Shown here: piece after piece, positions 46,126 to 57,121 of the stretch
How positions within the stretch are numbered: position 1 is the stretch's first letter
Layout of the letters: each line of letters opens with the position of its first letter
IMG/VR virus record: IMGVR_UViG_3300027969_000047
DNA from: a virus
Strand: one strand, 5' to 3'
DNA length: 64,000 nt
Notes under the pieces: generated by a model
The model's database searches: none
The model's input: only the letters and a program-made list of their open reading frames with translations
Told to the model about the DNA's origin: nothing
Made by a program: the position numbers and the translations under genes

Positions 46126-47358
46126 TTATTTGCTCCATGCCTTTTGTGCAGTGAAGTTTAGATGACTGAACTCAAGCCTATCAACTAACTTCACAGCGTT
46201 GCCTTTTAGTTTATCTACTGCAACAAAGCCTTCTGGATTTGTCACTTTGAAACCATCTTCAGTTTGTACAAATGTACTTGTGACTTGTCTCATCTGTTGC
46301 AACTTCTTAATTGTCATGTTCTTTGCTTCAACAAGTAAATTCTGCAAATCAAAAATGAGTTTTAAGTTACTTGCATTTGAACGATAGAATCGCATGATTT
46401 CATTCTTCTCTGTGATTCTTTTCTTTATGGTCTCTGCCATCTTAACTTCTTTGATAGCCTTGTTCAATTTATCTTCAACATAACGAATCAATTCAGCAGT
46501 GTGTGCAGTAGTGTTCTTAATAGCTTCACCTGAACGAACTTTTGTATTGTTGAATGTTTTGATTTGAACTTTTATAGTTTCACTTGTAGCAATCTCATTC
46601 AATGTTTTTGCATTGATTTGATTGAAGAGTCTTCCTGCATCAGCAAGAATGCCGGTGATTTGTATTGTCTCTTCTTTTGTGAATGTTGCAGTGCCTGATG
46701 CATCAGTGAAATATGCATCACGGAACCAAACATCTTTTGTTGTTGTCAGATTCTTGATATCGATATTGAATGATGCCTTCATATCTGAGAAAGTTTTACC
46801 AGTGTATGAAGTGTGAAATACAATACCCATCTGTGCGGCAAGCATTGTCTTTGCTAACTTTGATTCTGATGGAACTGCATAGATTAGTGTGTTTGGTTGA
46901 AATGTAATATACTCAACACCATCAATTGTCTGAGTTTTCACATCACCTTTAGAGAACATCATGTCACCTTGCAAGACACCTTTGATGCCAAGTTTTGGAA
47001 GATATCTTAGTGCAACTTTCAACTTTGCATTAAGACCTTCACCACTATGGTTAGTATCGATATCGGCATCAGTGTAATTCAACTTTGCATTTGCATTGAA
47101 GACACCTTTAGTACCAACAAAGAATTTACCATTGTCTGGATTGATACCGCAGAACACTGCTGGTGAACCATCCCATTTTGTTGTGGTATTGATTTTTGAT
47201 TCTGAATGACCAGCAAGCATATCACGCAGTGAACGAAGAAAGTTAATCGCATCTCTAGTACCAGCGACACCACGATTCAGAACTTCATCTTCAAGATGTT
47301 CAAGGTGAAGGTTTGCACCCTCTTTCTTTGCTTCGTTTAAAAATTGTGCGAATTTCAT
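46126..47358 (-). CDS. T4-like phage protein (KWDG motif, possibly nucleotidyltransferase/ligase-like fold)
   Basis: HLEHLED, TKWDGSP, QGD, EGFV, KLVDRLEFS. Confidence 0.75.
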   Translation of the reverse strand: MKFAQFLNEAKKEGANLHLEHLEDEVLNRGVAGTRDAINFLRSLRDMLAGHSESKINTTTKWDGSPAVFCGINPDNGKFFVGTKGVFNANAKLNYTDADIDTNHSGEGLNAKLKVALRYLPKLGIKGVLQGDMMFSKGDVKTQTIDGVEYITFQPNTLIYAVPSESKLAKTMLAAQMGIVFHTSYTGKTFSDMKASFNIDIKNLTTTKDVWFRDAYFTDASGTATFTKEETIQITGILADAGRLFNQINAKTLNEIATSETIKVQIKTFNNTKVRSGEAIKNTTAHTAELIRYVEDKLNKAIKEVKMAETIKKRITEKNEIMRFYRSNASNLKLIFDLQNLLVEAKNMTIKKLQQMRQVTSTFVQTEDGFKVTNPEGFVAVDKLKGNAVKLVDRLEFSHLNFTAQKAWSK

Positions 47359-48428
47359 TTGCTGTAAATACCTCTACCAACTTCTAAGTAGAATTTTGCT
47401 TCATTCGCTGGCGGTGGTCTTAGTTTTGTTCTAATCTGAAAAATTGGAAGATTGAAAGTAAATTTATCAAATTTATAGAGACCTTCAAAAATTAAATTAT
47501 TTCCTCTAACTTTCACAATCAATTTTGTCTTTTTTTCAAGTTCATCAAAATGCTCTACAGTAATTTCCTTCACGGTGCTACTTTGCACATCAACAACATT
47601 TGCTAAGTCAGAACCAAAAATACTTTTTCTTAAAAAAGCATACGCCGTTTTTGAAAAATTTGCGTCTTTTGATTTTTTAACTATCTCATCTTTTAACTCA
47701 GTATACATTTCAGTTATCAATTCAAATTTTGCTTTTTGTTCAATAGGACCATTAAAAGGTTTACTTAGTCTAATATACTTTTCTTTCGCATCCCAATCAA
47801 TACCCATAGCTTTTGCAAAATCTAACATACCATGATAAGGTGATAAATTTGCAACTGTAACGCTTTCTGATTTAAGAGAAAATGGTAAACTACCAGATAT
47901 TATTTTTTTATTAGAATTTTTAGCTGTGGCATAAACTTCTAATGTAACATCACCTTTCAATTCTCCTCCACTCGATTCTCCTGCAATCCCATCGGCAATA
48001 ACTGTAAATGTCACATTATCCGATGCATTATTATCTAAAAAATAATTCACAGCATCATTAGCTTTTTTTGCAAAACTTGCCGACTTAAACGATGTGATTA
48101 ATTGATTAATTTTCATATCAATATTACCAACATCTTTAGATGATTTATATAACAACTCATATTCTTTATCAAAAGCACCTTGAACGGATTGTGGTTTTAG
48201 ACGCATTTCAAATCCAACATTAAATAAATCCGCAGGATTTTTATCTTTTTGTCTTTTCAGTTTTGAAGCTACAGTATATTTAAATCTTCCTGTATTAAAC
48301 ATTTTTGTGTCAATTTGTGTGCGAATTTTATTTAATGCACTCTTATCTACTTTTCCATAAGCCAAATGCAAAGCTAGAGCAATCGTGAAAAGACCTTCAA
48401 CTATGTCTCCTTCATTTAATTTTGCCAT
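47355..48428 (-). CDS. hypothetical late protein
   Basis: late promoter TATAAATA at 48461-48468; GGAG SD. Confidence 0.7.
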   Translation of the reverse strand: MAKLNEGDIVEGLFTIALALHLAYGKVDKSALNKIRTQIDTKMFNTGRFKYTVASKLKRQKDKNPADLFNVGFEMRLKPQSVQGAFDKEYELLYKSSKDVGNIDMKINQLITSFKSASFAKKANDAVNYFLDNNASDNVTFTVIADGIAGESSGGELKGDVTLEVYATAKNSNKKIISGSLPFSLKSESVTVANLSPYHGMLDFAKAMGIDWDAKEKYIRLSKPFNGPIEQKAKFELITEMYTELKDEIVKKSKDANFSKTAYAFLRKSIFGSDLANVVDVQSSTVKEITVEHFDELEKKTKLIVKVRGNNLIFEGLYKFDKFTFNLPIFQIRTKLRPPPANEAKFYLEVGRGIYSK

Positions 48429-48721
48429 TGTAACTCCATGAAGTTGTTATTGTAATGACCTATTTATATCAATCGGGTCCTAACATCTTCTCCATGAGCA
48501 TGTTATGTTTAGCGGTCTCAAGCATTCCAATTGTACCGACAAAATCATTTGTGTGTCCATATAGAGTAATCTCAGCATCTGAATCCATAGTTGCTACAAG
48601 ATATTCTTTAATCGTACCATCTTCAATATTTTTTCTCACTTCTTCTAAAATGTCAAGCATGTGTTGTTTTGTCTTTTTTTCATTTTTACTCGAATCAAAT
48701 TCTACGACTTTCATATGTTTC

Positions 48722-49285
48722 CTAAGTGTAATGCAAATAACCGCCAATGATATATTTAGGTCCGCTTATAGGTTTCAGACCTGCGTGAGGATATGTCCAC
48801 ATAGGCGGAAACATGAGTAGTCTGCCTGTGACTGGTTTAACTACGGATGTCGTTTCAGAATCACTATTCCACTGAAAAGCAGTCTCACCACCAACTTCAA
48901 CATCATTCAAGTACCAGAAGTAAACAAGAAATCTACGAGCCGAATCGTGATTACCCACATCAACATGAAGTTTGAATTCATCTTTATCATTGGGCATGTA
49001 TCTTTTCATTCGAAAATGTTCACATGCAAGTTCATCTGGCCAGACTTTATCATCAAGGCTCAAGTCATGCTTGTAATATTTCAGAAACTTCTGCATCTCA
49101 TCCACAAGCATATTGTGAATGTCTTTCCAATCAGGATATGCTGATATGTTTAATTCGGTAAAATATCTATGACCTTCCAATTCTGTTTGTATATGTCTAT
49201 CGGTGTCATACTCAAATCTCTTTATGATTTCATCACACTTATTTTTATCAAGTGCATTATCATAATATCTCACACAGTTTATCAT
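48722..49285 (-). CDS. 2OG-Fe(II) oxygenase
   Basis: HVD, GGET, YPHAG, KY. Confidence 0.9.
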   Translation of the reverse strand: MINCVRYYDNALDKNKCDEIIKRFEYDTDRHIQTELEGHRYFTELNISAYPDWKDIHNMLVDEMQKFLKYYKHDLSLDDKVWPDELACEHFRMKRYMPNDKDEFKLHVDVGNHDSARRFLVYFWYLNDVEVGGETAFQWNSDSETTSVVKPVTGRLLMFPPMWTYPHAGLKPISGPKYIIGGYLHYT

Positions 49286-50685
49286 ACTTTAAAACCCTCA
49301 AACTTTTTATTGAATTTACCTTCACGATTACCGAATGTGTTCAGTGGTCTGTCAGGTGCGTTCTGACCTGAGTCAGAGATATCATCTTGTGCAGACTGTT
49401 CAACATCATACAATCTCATCTTTGATTTGTCAATACCAACAACGAATCTTTTGTTTGTAGTTGGGTCTGCATATCTATTCTTCAATTGCTTTACCATAAT
49501 CTGATTCAAGGCTTCAAGTTCTTCAGTTGAAATCAAAGCAAACATAAAGTCAGCAGTCGCTGGTAGACCAAACGATTCAGAAGTATCTTCAAGCCCTGGA
49601 TCGGTATTTGAGAAACCACTTCTTGTTGTTTGTGTAGCTGATACAATTGGTAGATTCTCTTCAACAGCAAGCCCACGCAACTCTTCTGCAATTGCTTTGA
49701 TGTATGAGTAACTATTCACATTTGCGCCATGTTTCAATCGTGCAGAACAGCAAATGTTCAGATAGTCAATGAAGATAATATCAGGGCTGAAATTTCTTTT
49801 CAATCTCAATTCATTCAACAATGCTTTGAAGTGTAGAACAGATGCACCAGCGGTTGGATATTCTTTGATGATTAACTTACCTTGAGTCTTTGACTTCAGT
49901 GCAGAGAATCGTCTATCATAATCAGACTTTGAAATCAAGGCCAAGTCACTGATAGGCACATTCAAAAGATTTGCATCAATCCTCTCAGCAATCTTTTCTT
50001 CAGCCATTTCCATTGTGATATAGAGAACATTCTGACCAGCAGAGATACAACCAGATGCAACATGACACATGAACAAACTCTTACCAACACCAGTACCAGC
50101 AAGTGCAATGTTAAGAGTCTTGTTAGGTAGACCACCTTTTGTAATCTTGTTGAAGAAGTCTAAATCAAAACCAATTCGTTCTTCTTTACGATGATAGAAT
50201 TCGAATCGTTCATTAGAGTTTTCAAGATAATCATGCCCAACATTTGGGTCAAACGAAACACCAAGTGCTGTAGAAAGCATCTCTGGAATAGCACCTTTGT
50301 TCTTTGCGCCACTCTTATCATCAAGAACAGAAACTGCCTCTAGGACTGCATTGTAGATTGCTTTATCTTGACAGAACTTTTCTGTAGTCTTTACCAACCA
50401 TTCTTTTTCAGTTGGCTCATCTTTGTTTGTTTTGATTGTTTCAAGAATACCAATCGCAGAACGAACCTCTTCCTCTTTGAGTTTCTTAGACTCAGTTAAG
50501 TTTATTACAAGAGATTCGTGAGTTGGTAGATTATTGTATTCATTAACGAAGTCAGATATTTCTTTGAATACAACTCTCTCATTAGTGTCGCCAAAGTATT
50601 CTGGCTTTAGGAATGGCAGAACTTTTCGTGTAAATTCTTCACTATAGATTAGATTCTTCAGAATCGTAAGTTCCAACCGATGCAT
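49282..50685 (-). CDS. DnaB-like replicative helicase (T4 gp41)
   Basis: AGTGVGKS, IDYLNIC, SESFGLPATAD. Confidence 0.97.
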   Translation of the reverse strand: MHRLELTILKNLIYSEEFTRKVLPFLKPEYFGDTNERVVFKEISDFVNEYNNLPTHESLVINLTESKKLKEEEVRSAIGILETIKTNKDEPTEKEWLVKTTEKFCQDKAIYNAVLEAVSVLDDKSGAKNKGAIPEMLSTALGVSFDPNVGHDYLENSNERFEFYHRKEERIGFDLDFFNKITKGGLPNKTLNIALAGTGVGKSLFMCHVASGCISAGQNVLYITMEMAEEKIAERIDANLLNVPISDLALISKSDYDRRFSALKSKTQGKLIIKEYPTAGASVLHFKALLNELRLKRNFSPDIIFIDYLNICCSARLKHGANVNSYSYIKAIAEELRGLAVEENLPIVSATQTTRSGFSNTDPGLEDTSESFGLPATADFMFALISTEELEALNQIMVKQLKNRYADPTTNKRFVVGIDKSKMRLYDVEQSAQDDISDSGQNAPDRPLNTFGNREGKFNKKFEGFKV

Positions 50686-51004
50686 TTTCTTCCTTTAAAA
50701 TATATTGTTCAAGCAACAGCACAAGGATGTCACCCATCATTGTAGCAAATTTTTCATTTGATTGCAATGATTCGTATGAATGTTCACCTAGATAATCCAC
50801 AGTATATTCATACGATAATTTTGCCTGAACATCTTGGTCGGTTATCCATGTCTTTCCGTAGTGATACTTTACACCTTTGAAGTCACCCTGTAGGATTGTA
50901 ACACCAGTCCATTCAGGTGCTTCAAAGAATTTAAAGTCTACGCCTTCTTCAAGCGTCTTCAGCTTCGGCATGAACAAGTTCTTCAGTTTGGAGAATACTT
51001 CCAT
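50642..51004 (-). CDS. T4 gp40-like head assembly chaperone
   Basis: syntenic position between uvsX and gp41; similar size. Confidence 0.6.
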   Translation of the reverse strand: MEVFSKLKNLFMPKLKTLEEGVDFKFFEAPEWTGVTILQGDFKGVKYHYGKTWITDQDVQAKLSYEYTVDYLGEHSYESLQSNEKFATMMGDILVLLLEQYILKEENASVGTYDSEESNL

Positions 51005-52007
51005 AAGATATCTCATATTTTTTACTCACATATTCTTTGAAAGATTCACTTGATAAAATGTCTTTCCAAAATGCTTCGGTTTGAGTTGCATCGAATCTAA
51101 CTTTGTCACCAATCTCACCAGTTGATTGATTGACTTTTGCATACCAACCAGGACTTGGTTTGGCAACAAACTTACCTTCCATTGCGACATCAAGTAGACC
51201 AGAGAATTTCTGAATACCACCTTCAAATGAAACTGCAATTGGTATCTTTGATTTCTCTCTCACATAACGAGACTTCTCAACATTGATGATGAAGTTATAA
51301 CCTGTGACTTCTGTACCATCTTTTTCTTGTTGGCGACCAATGATGAAGATGTTATCAGCAGAGTAGTAAGAGCCTGTACCACCACCAACGATATCTTTAG
51401 GATACAAACCAATCTCTTTGTATGTGTGATTCACAACAATCATTGGAATGTCTTTTAGATTCAAGTGTGGAGTAATCATACGAAACAAACTCTTCACTTG
51501 TTTTGCACGAGACATGTCTGCAACAGACTTACCTTCAAGTGCATCATCAACTTCTTTCTTTGATGCCAAGTTACCGATTGAGTCAAGAATAACAATCAGT
51601 TTGTCACCACGGTCAACACCTTGAAATTGTTGCATGATGTCAAACTTCAATTGTTCAATGTCAGTCAATGGTGTGTGTAGAACACGGTCCATGTCAATGC
51701 CAAATGTCTCAAAGTATTTGATGGGTGTGCCAAACTCTGAGTCATAGAACAAAAGAACTGCATCTTGATACTTGTCCATGTAAGACTTTGCCATGAGTAA
51801 AGAGAATGCAGTTTTAAAGTGTTTAGATGGTCCTGCCCACATTGTAAGACCTGGAGTCAATCCACCATCTAGCTTACCAGACAATGCCACATTGACCATT
51901 GGCACTCCAGTAGTAATCATATCTTTATTGTTAAAGAATTTTGATTTCGAAAGAATCGCCGTCTCTTTGATAGAGGAATTCTTTTTCAATTTTTCAAGTA
52001 TGCTCAT
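50949..52007 (-). CDS. uvsX: RecA-like recombinase
   Basis: GPSKHFKT, YDSEFG, DSIGNLAS. Confidence 0.97.
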   Translation of the reverse strand: MSILEKLKKNSSIKETAILSKSKFFNNKDMITTGVPMVNVALSGKLDGGLTPGLTMWAGPSKHFKTAFSLLMAKSYMDKYQDAVLLFYDSEFGTPIKYFETFGIDMDRVLHTPLTDIEQLKFDIMQQFQGVDRGDKLIVILDSIGNLASKKEVDDALEGKSVADMSRAKQVKSLFRMITPHLNLKDIPMIVVNHTYKEIGLYPKDIVGGGTGSYYSADNIFIIGRQQEKDGTEVTGYNFIINVEKSRYVREKSKIPIAVSFEGGIQKFSGLLDVAMEGKFVAKPSPGWYAKVNQSTGEIGDKVRFDATQTEAFWKDILSSESFKEYVSKKYEISYGSILQTEELVHAEAEDA

Positions 52008-52825
52008 TTAAAATCTCCAGTCATATTAGTAATTTGTGTTTTCGGTATAACTTCTGAGTTTTCATCAACAAAGAAGTTGTCAATCGTATTTGTAGGTTTA
52101 GTTTCAGTTTTCTTTTTCTTATTCTTGTTCACTATTATATCAGGTGTCTTCTCAGATTGCAAGTTCTTTAGTGTCATATTAGCGGCAATCAATAACAAAA
52201 CTGCTAATGGGTCAAAGACAAAAATGATGATGAAGATAACCACTCTCACAGCTTTATCTATGAATTGGGCATCGTTTTTATCATACAACAACTCGGCGAC
52301 ATAGCGAATAGGACCAACATCTGCCATCAATTTATTTTCTTCAGTCATCAATGGCAATTTGTCTTTTGTTATCTGAGTCAACTCAACCTGAGTCTCTTGT
52401 ATTTGCTTATCGATTTTTCGACTTGCTGTTGCAGGGTCACCTGCCCTCTTCATCAAATATTCAAGTCTTTCTCTTGTCATCTTTTCTTGTGATTCAAGAG
52501 TCTTCAACTGAACCGTATTGGCACCAACTGATACAGTAGATTCAATGTGTGCTTTTGAAAGATAACCAAAGATACCCATCGATGTAATCAACATCAATAA
52601 GGCAACTGCAACTGTGAAATATGATTTCATCAAGATGGGTGCAGTCTTCCAGTTACGATACAACCATGATACAGTAACTAACTTAGATAACTCTAATGCA
52701 CCGCCCATCACAATGATTGGCCAATACGAACCAGGAAAGATTAAAGCAAGCCCCACTACCGAATAGTAACCTGCAATTGCTGATAGAATAATTGCTGTAA
52801 TGAATGGTAGTAGAACTTGTATCAT
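52004..52825 (-). CDS. multi-TM coiled-coil membrane protein
   Basis: 3 N-terminal TMs, coiled coil, FDPLAV TM. Confidence 0.75.
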   Translation of the reverse strand: MIQVLLPFITAIILSAIAGYYSVVGLALIFPGSYWPIIVMGGALELSKLVTVSWLYRNWKTAPILMKSYFTVAVALLMLITSMGIFGYLSKAHIESTVSVGANTVQLKTLESQEKMTRERLEYLMKRAGDPATASRKIDKQIQETQVELTQITKDKLPLMTEENKLMADVGPIRYVAELLYDKNDAQFIDKAVRVVIFIIIFVFDPLAVLLLIAANMTLKNLQSEKTPDIIVNKNKKKKTETKPTNTIDNFFVDENSEVIPKTQITNMTGDFK

Positions 52826-55362
52826 CCGAAGAAGTCTTCTAAAGAACTTTCTTTTACTGCTCTCCAACCAATGCAGTCAAGAACAATCTTCAAAGGCTCA
52901 ATGAATGATTTCTCAAACTGCATATCATAATCGATAACAGTAGTCATGTTCCATTCGGATGGCATACGACTTGCGAAAGAAAGTATGTTGGATTGAAATG
53001 TATTTGGTTCACGAAGAAAAATAAACTTAATCTTTTCACCTTCACGAATCAATTCATATCTCTTAGTCAACTTGTCAGCACGAAGTCTGTTATTGTGAAT
53101 CAATGCACCACGAACATGAATCGGTGTGCCTTTTGAAAAGATTGTCTTTTCATTAGCATACTCTTTCAAGCCATTCACTGTTCTTGGAAAAGAAATGTCT
53201 TCAATCGGAACTGACTTGAATTCTTTTCTAAACTTCTCAATGAAAGTATGTAACTCTTCTTCAGTACCACCAATGATAATCTTCAAGGCTTCTTTAATCT
53301 TATCACGACATGCACTTGGTGTTGATGATTTGATTGCCTCAAGACCTTGAATCTTGATTTGTGGTTCTGCATACTGAACACCTTCAGAATTATGTACATG
53401 AAGAATGTATCTCTTCTTAGCAGTCCAGATTGCTTTGTCTGCCAAGACCTCTCTCTTCATTTGCATTTTTTGCTGGTATGCGTGAACATAGTCAGCAAGC
53501 GTCTGATAACTTTCATCAATAAAAGGTTGAAGTTTATCTTCACAGACACGGTCCATGAAGGAGATGAGATTGTTAACATCTGTTGTTTTTGAATAGACCT
53601 TATCAACAAGCGGACCAAGATTAAGATAAATCGAATCTGTGTCTGAGGCGAGAACATAATCAACTTCATTTGTTTTCAATAAATTATTCATGTATTGATT
53701 GATACGATTTTCAATCCATCTAATACTTAGTTGACCTGCTAAGGTAATACCTTCTGCTTGTCTCACATCAAAGAATCTGAAGTATTGATTACCCAAAGCA
53801 CCATAAGCAGAATTCAGACCAACTTTCTTAGCCAACTGAAGATTCTTGTATCTTGAAATGTGATTACTCAATTCTCTTTTCGTTACAAGATTCGTTTCAA
53901 CTTCATACTTCTGCTGTGCCTCAATCATGCTCTTCTTATAAACTACACGACCATCATACATTCTTTCCATAATGTCTGGAAGAAAGCCTTTGATATCTGT
54001 GCGAAAGAATTGTCCGTTTGGAGTCAGAGTCACATTTTTCAATCTTGATGTGTCAATTTGACATGTCAAGAGTTTATCAACTGTAACACCTTGGGCAATG
54101 ATTTCACGCATCTCTGGTGTATAATCACGAGGCTCAACCAATGTCTCTGGTGAGATATTGTATTGCATAATCAAATGCGGATACAAACTGTTCAAGTCAA
54201 ACGATGCAACAAAATCATGCTTACCTACTTGTGGGTCTTTAACATATGCACCTTCATAGGCAGTGTCTTTAGCAGTAGTTCTCTTTGGTGGAACAATGAT
54301 GTTCTTTGAACGAAGGTGATTGAATGTGATTGCATCCCACATACGGACTTGCGTAAACACATCATCATAATTCACTTTGTTGTCGTAAGCCAAAGTCAAT
54401 GCCATGTCAATCAAACGACCTTTGGCATTCAGTTTTTCTACAAGTTCTACATCTCGAATGTTGTACTCAATGAATAACTGAAAGTTCTCACGATACAGTG
54501 CTTGCAAGCTATCATACTCATCATATGAAATCTTTTCACCGACTTTTTCTACCTGTGCAATATGGTCAAGACGATATGATTCTTGCGAATAGTTTGGCGC
54601 ATATTTGCGAAACAATTGCATATAGTCTAGTGTTGGCACACCAACTAAGTCATAGATTTTATTTGTCTTACCATAGAAGGTTTCTTCACGAACAGATATT
54701 AGACCCCAAGGAGAAAGTTTCTTAACTTCTTTCTCATCATAAAGTCTTTCGATTCGATTGTGTAGATATGGTACATCGAAGCCTTTGACATTCCAACCAG
54801 TCAATGCATCAGGATAATGTTTCTGCCAGAATTCTAAAAATCTTGCAAGCAAAGACAATTCATCTTTACATTGTGTATAGATGATATCATCACGATGCGG
54901 TTTGAAGTCACCACATGCGAACACATGAAATTTTGAATCTGTAGAAAGTTTAACTGTGATTGCAGTCACAGGTTCAGATGCTAATGATGGTTCAGGAAAA
55001 CCATTCTCAGAACCAACCTCAATATCAAGATAAGCTACACAAACATCTTGAACATTCCAGTCAATAGTTTCTTCTGGATGCTCATCTGAAATGTAAACAT
55101 ATTCGTAACGATTGTTACCATAGATTTCAAAGTTATCGACACCTTCATATCTTTTCACAAAGTCACGGGCATCACGAATACTCTCAAACTTCATCGGTTC
55201 AAGATAGTCACCTTTGAGGGTTTTGAATTTTGTTTGTTTTTTAGCAGGTAAAAACAAAGTCGGCGTATAAGGAACTTTCTCTTTTATACGCCGACCGTTC
55301 TCTACACCACGATAGAGAATGTTGTTACCTACACAGTTTACGCTGGTGTAGAATTTACTCAT
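52822..55362 (-). CDS. family B DNA polymerase (T4 gp43)
   Basis: DIEV exonuclease, SFDLNSLYP, K..LNSAYG, DTDS. Confidence 0.98.
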   Translation of the reverse strand: MSKFYTSVNCVGNNILYRGVENGRRIKEKVPYTPTLFLPAKKQTKFKTLKGDYLEPMKFESIRDARDFVKRYEGVDNFEIYGNNRYEYVYISDEHPEETIDWNVQDVCVAYLDIEVGSENGFPEPSLASEPVTAITVKLSTDSKFHVFACGDFKPHRDDIIYTQCKDELSLLARFLEFWQKHYPDALTGWNVKGFDVPYLHNRIERLYDEKEVKKLSPWGLISVREETFYGKTNKIYDLVGVPTLDYMQLFRKYAPNYSQESYRLDHIAQVEKVGEKISYDEYDSLQALYRENFQLFIEYNIRDVELVEKLNAKGRLIDMALTLAYDNKVNYDDVFTQVRMWDAITFNHLRSKNIIVPPKRTTAKDTAYEGAYVKDPQVGKHDFVASFDLNSLYPHLIMQYNISPETLVEPRDYTPEMREIIAQGVTVDKLLTCQIDTSRLKNVTLTPNGQFFRTDIKGFLPDIMERMYDGRVVYKKSMIEAQQKYEVETNLVTKRELSNHISRYKNLQLAKKVGLNSAYGALGNQYFRFFDVRQAEGITLAGQLSIRWIENRINQYMNNLLKTNEVDYVLASDTDSIYLNLGPLVDKVYSKTTDVNNLISFMDRVCEDKLQPFIDESYQTLADYVHAYQQKMQMKREVLADKAIWTAKKRYILHVHNSEGVQYAEPQIKIQGLEAIKSSTPSACRDKIKEALKIIIGGTEEELHTFIEKFRKEFKSVPIEDISFPRTVNGLKEYANEKTIFSKGTPIHVRGALIHNNRLRADKLTKRYELIREGEKIKFIFLREPNTFQSNILSFASRMPSEWNMTTVIDYDMQFEKSFIEPLKIVLDCIGWRAVKESSLEDFFG

Positions 55363-55377
55363 TCAGTTATTGTATCA

Positions 55378-55683
55378 TTATTTAGGGATAGATGTGGCAA
55401 TTTGAATACCGCTACCAAACACAGAATTGTATTGATTCTCAAGTTCAACCACTGGTGTTGTGATGCAAAGAATGTCGTTACGGTGAAACGATATTCCTGT
55501 TTTGAATTCAGCACAGTAGTCTAAGAAAGGAGAGAAAGCCATGCCGCCTTGGTCTTGGGCACTCTTTGGAGGAATCACAACAACTTGAACAGGTTGTTTG
55601 ATTTTGATTGTTTCATTACTAACATCAACATCACCTAAGATGGTGTGGTTTGTTTTGAAAGTGATTAGCAATATCTTGTTCAT
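55378..55683 (-). CDS. small beta-rich (Sm-like) phage protein
   Basis: 101 aa; Y...FGSGI tail. Confidence 0.6.
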   Translation of the reverse strand: MNKILLITFKTNHTILGDVDVSNETIKIKQPVQVVVIPPKSAQDQGGMAFSPFLDYCAEFKTGISFHRNDILCITTPVVELENQYNSVFGSGIQIATSIPK

Positions 55684-55979
55684 GCAAGACTCACTTTCGT
55701 GCTTGCATCAAGCACGGCTAAGGTTACCCAACGCTTGGGTACGAGCATTTCTCTACCAGAGAAATCATTCATGTTCACTGTTGGGTCAGGAACTCGACCA
55801 ATCAACTCGACCATATTGTCGAAGTCACGAAGAACCAAATCGTACCGGTCTGCACGAGGAAGTTTCTTTTCGATTGCAATTTTCTTAGCAATTTCAAAAA
55901 TATTCATATTCTCTTTCATTAACATTAAAAAAACATTATAACATAGTTCATGTTAGAATGCAATAGCTATGTTAGATTA

Positions 55980-56336
55980 TTACCTAACATATTCCTTCAA
56001 GTCAGGAGGTTTCCATCCCTCTGGCTTCAAGATTTTACCGTCTGCACGGCGTATTACTTTACCAGTTGCTTTATCAACTTTGGCAAAATTAGATTTGGCA
56101 ACTTCATCCCAAGCCAATGACACTTTGAATTTTTTCATGTGACAGTAGCCTAGAATGACCCAAATCATATCTACACATGCATCTAGTTGTTCAACATTAT
56201 CTTCATCAAGAAGTGCTTCCTTAAACTCATTAAACTCTTCTTCAATTAATTTTGCATAAAGTTCAGCATTTTCTTCTGAAGAATGTTGTTCACATGCAAG
56301 TTGAAATGCGTGAACATCAAGTGGCATGTTAGTCAT
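55980..56336 (-). CDS. MazG-like/PRA-PH nucleotide pyrophosphatase
   Basis: IEEEFNE, DACVD, DGKILKPEGW. Confidence 0.85.
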   Translation of the reverse strand: MTNMPLDVHAFQLACEQHSSEENAELYAKLIEEEFNEFKEALLDEDNVEQLDACVDMIWVILGYCHMKKFKVSLAWDEVAKSNFAKVDKATGKVIRRADGKILKPEGWKPPDLKEYVR

Positions 56337-56337
56337 A

Positions 56338-56949
56338 TTAAAGTACCTGTAAATTATTGTTCCAATGTTTTGTTCGGTCTTCTAATCCAATTGTACCACC
56401 ATTGATTCGTTTAGTCATCAAGGTAATATCTTTCTTATCTGCAATCTCATTCAATCCATTCTTCTTCCAGAACCAACATGCAGATTCAATTGCACCTTCT
56501 AGTGTTTCAAGATATATGATAGTCTCATCAATAGTCTTGCCAATATCTTTTGCAAATGCAGTGTAGTTGCTACATCCAGTCAATTGTATTGCACCACGAC
56601 CACGATACTTGTAGCCATCACCAGATGCCTCATTACCATTACCCATACGAGATGCATAAACACGATTAGCAATCATCTCTGGCTTGCGTTCATATTTTGC
56701 GGCAGTCGCATCATCAGGAAAATACTTACCAAATGTTCCACGAAGACCTTTAGCACCATAATTCAAATTCTCTTTTAGAACAGTGAAGTCTAAAGATTCA
56801 TGCCCACATTGTGCTAGAAAACCAGCAACTCTTTCTTTAGTGTTTATCTGATACTTCTCAAACACTTTATTGAATGCGTTCAACAGACCTGCATGGTCTT
56901 TGTTATTTGGTACGCACTTTTTTAGTTTTTCCAGATTTAGTTCGACCAT
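56338..56949 (-). CDS. GH19 family endolysin
   Basis: FLAQCGHES, YRGRGAIQLTG, INGG. Confidence 0.95.
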   Translation of the reverse strand: MVELNLEKLKKCVPNNKDHAGLLNAFNKVFEKYQINTKERVAGFLAQCGHESLDFTVLKENLNYGAKGLRGTFGKYFPDDATAAKYERKPEMIANRVYASRMGNGNEASGDGYKYRGRGAIQLTGCSNYTAFAKDIGKTIDETIIYLETLEGAIESACWFWKKNGLNEIADKKDITLMTKRINGGTIGLEDRTKHWNNNLQVL

Positions 56950-57121
56950 CTCTTTTGTCCTTTGTTAGATTTTTTATGAATACTTTTCCATCTTTCAATT
57001 TATAATCTAAAGTATCACCAATCTCCCATCCTAATTGTGTTACCAATTCATCTGGCAGTTCGACAATAGCGTCACCGTTATCGCATATTTCAACGACCTT
57101 TGTAGTATATATCTTGCTCAT
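56903..57121 (-). CDS. AbrB/MazE/SpoVT-like DNA-binding protein
   Basis: GDAIVELPDE..QLGWEIGDTL. Confidence 0.75.
   Translation of the reverse strand: MSKIYTTKVVEICDNGDAIVELPDELVTQLGWEIGDTLDYKLKDGKVFIKNLTKDKRDGRTKSGKTKKVRTK

Noticed and set aside
24692-55362. Introns or inteins in nrdA, thyX, gp41, uvsX or gp43
   Set aside because: All are uninterrupted and of normal or short length.
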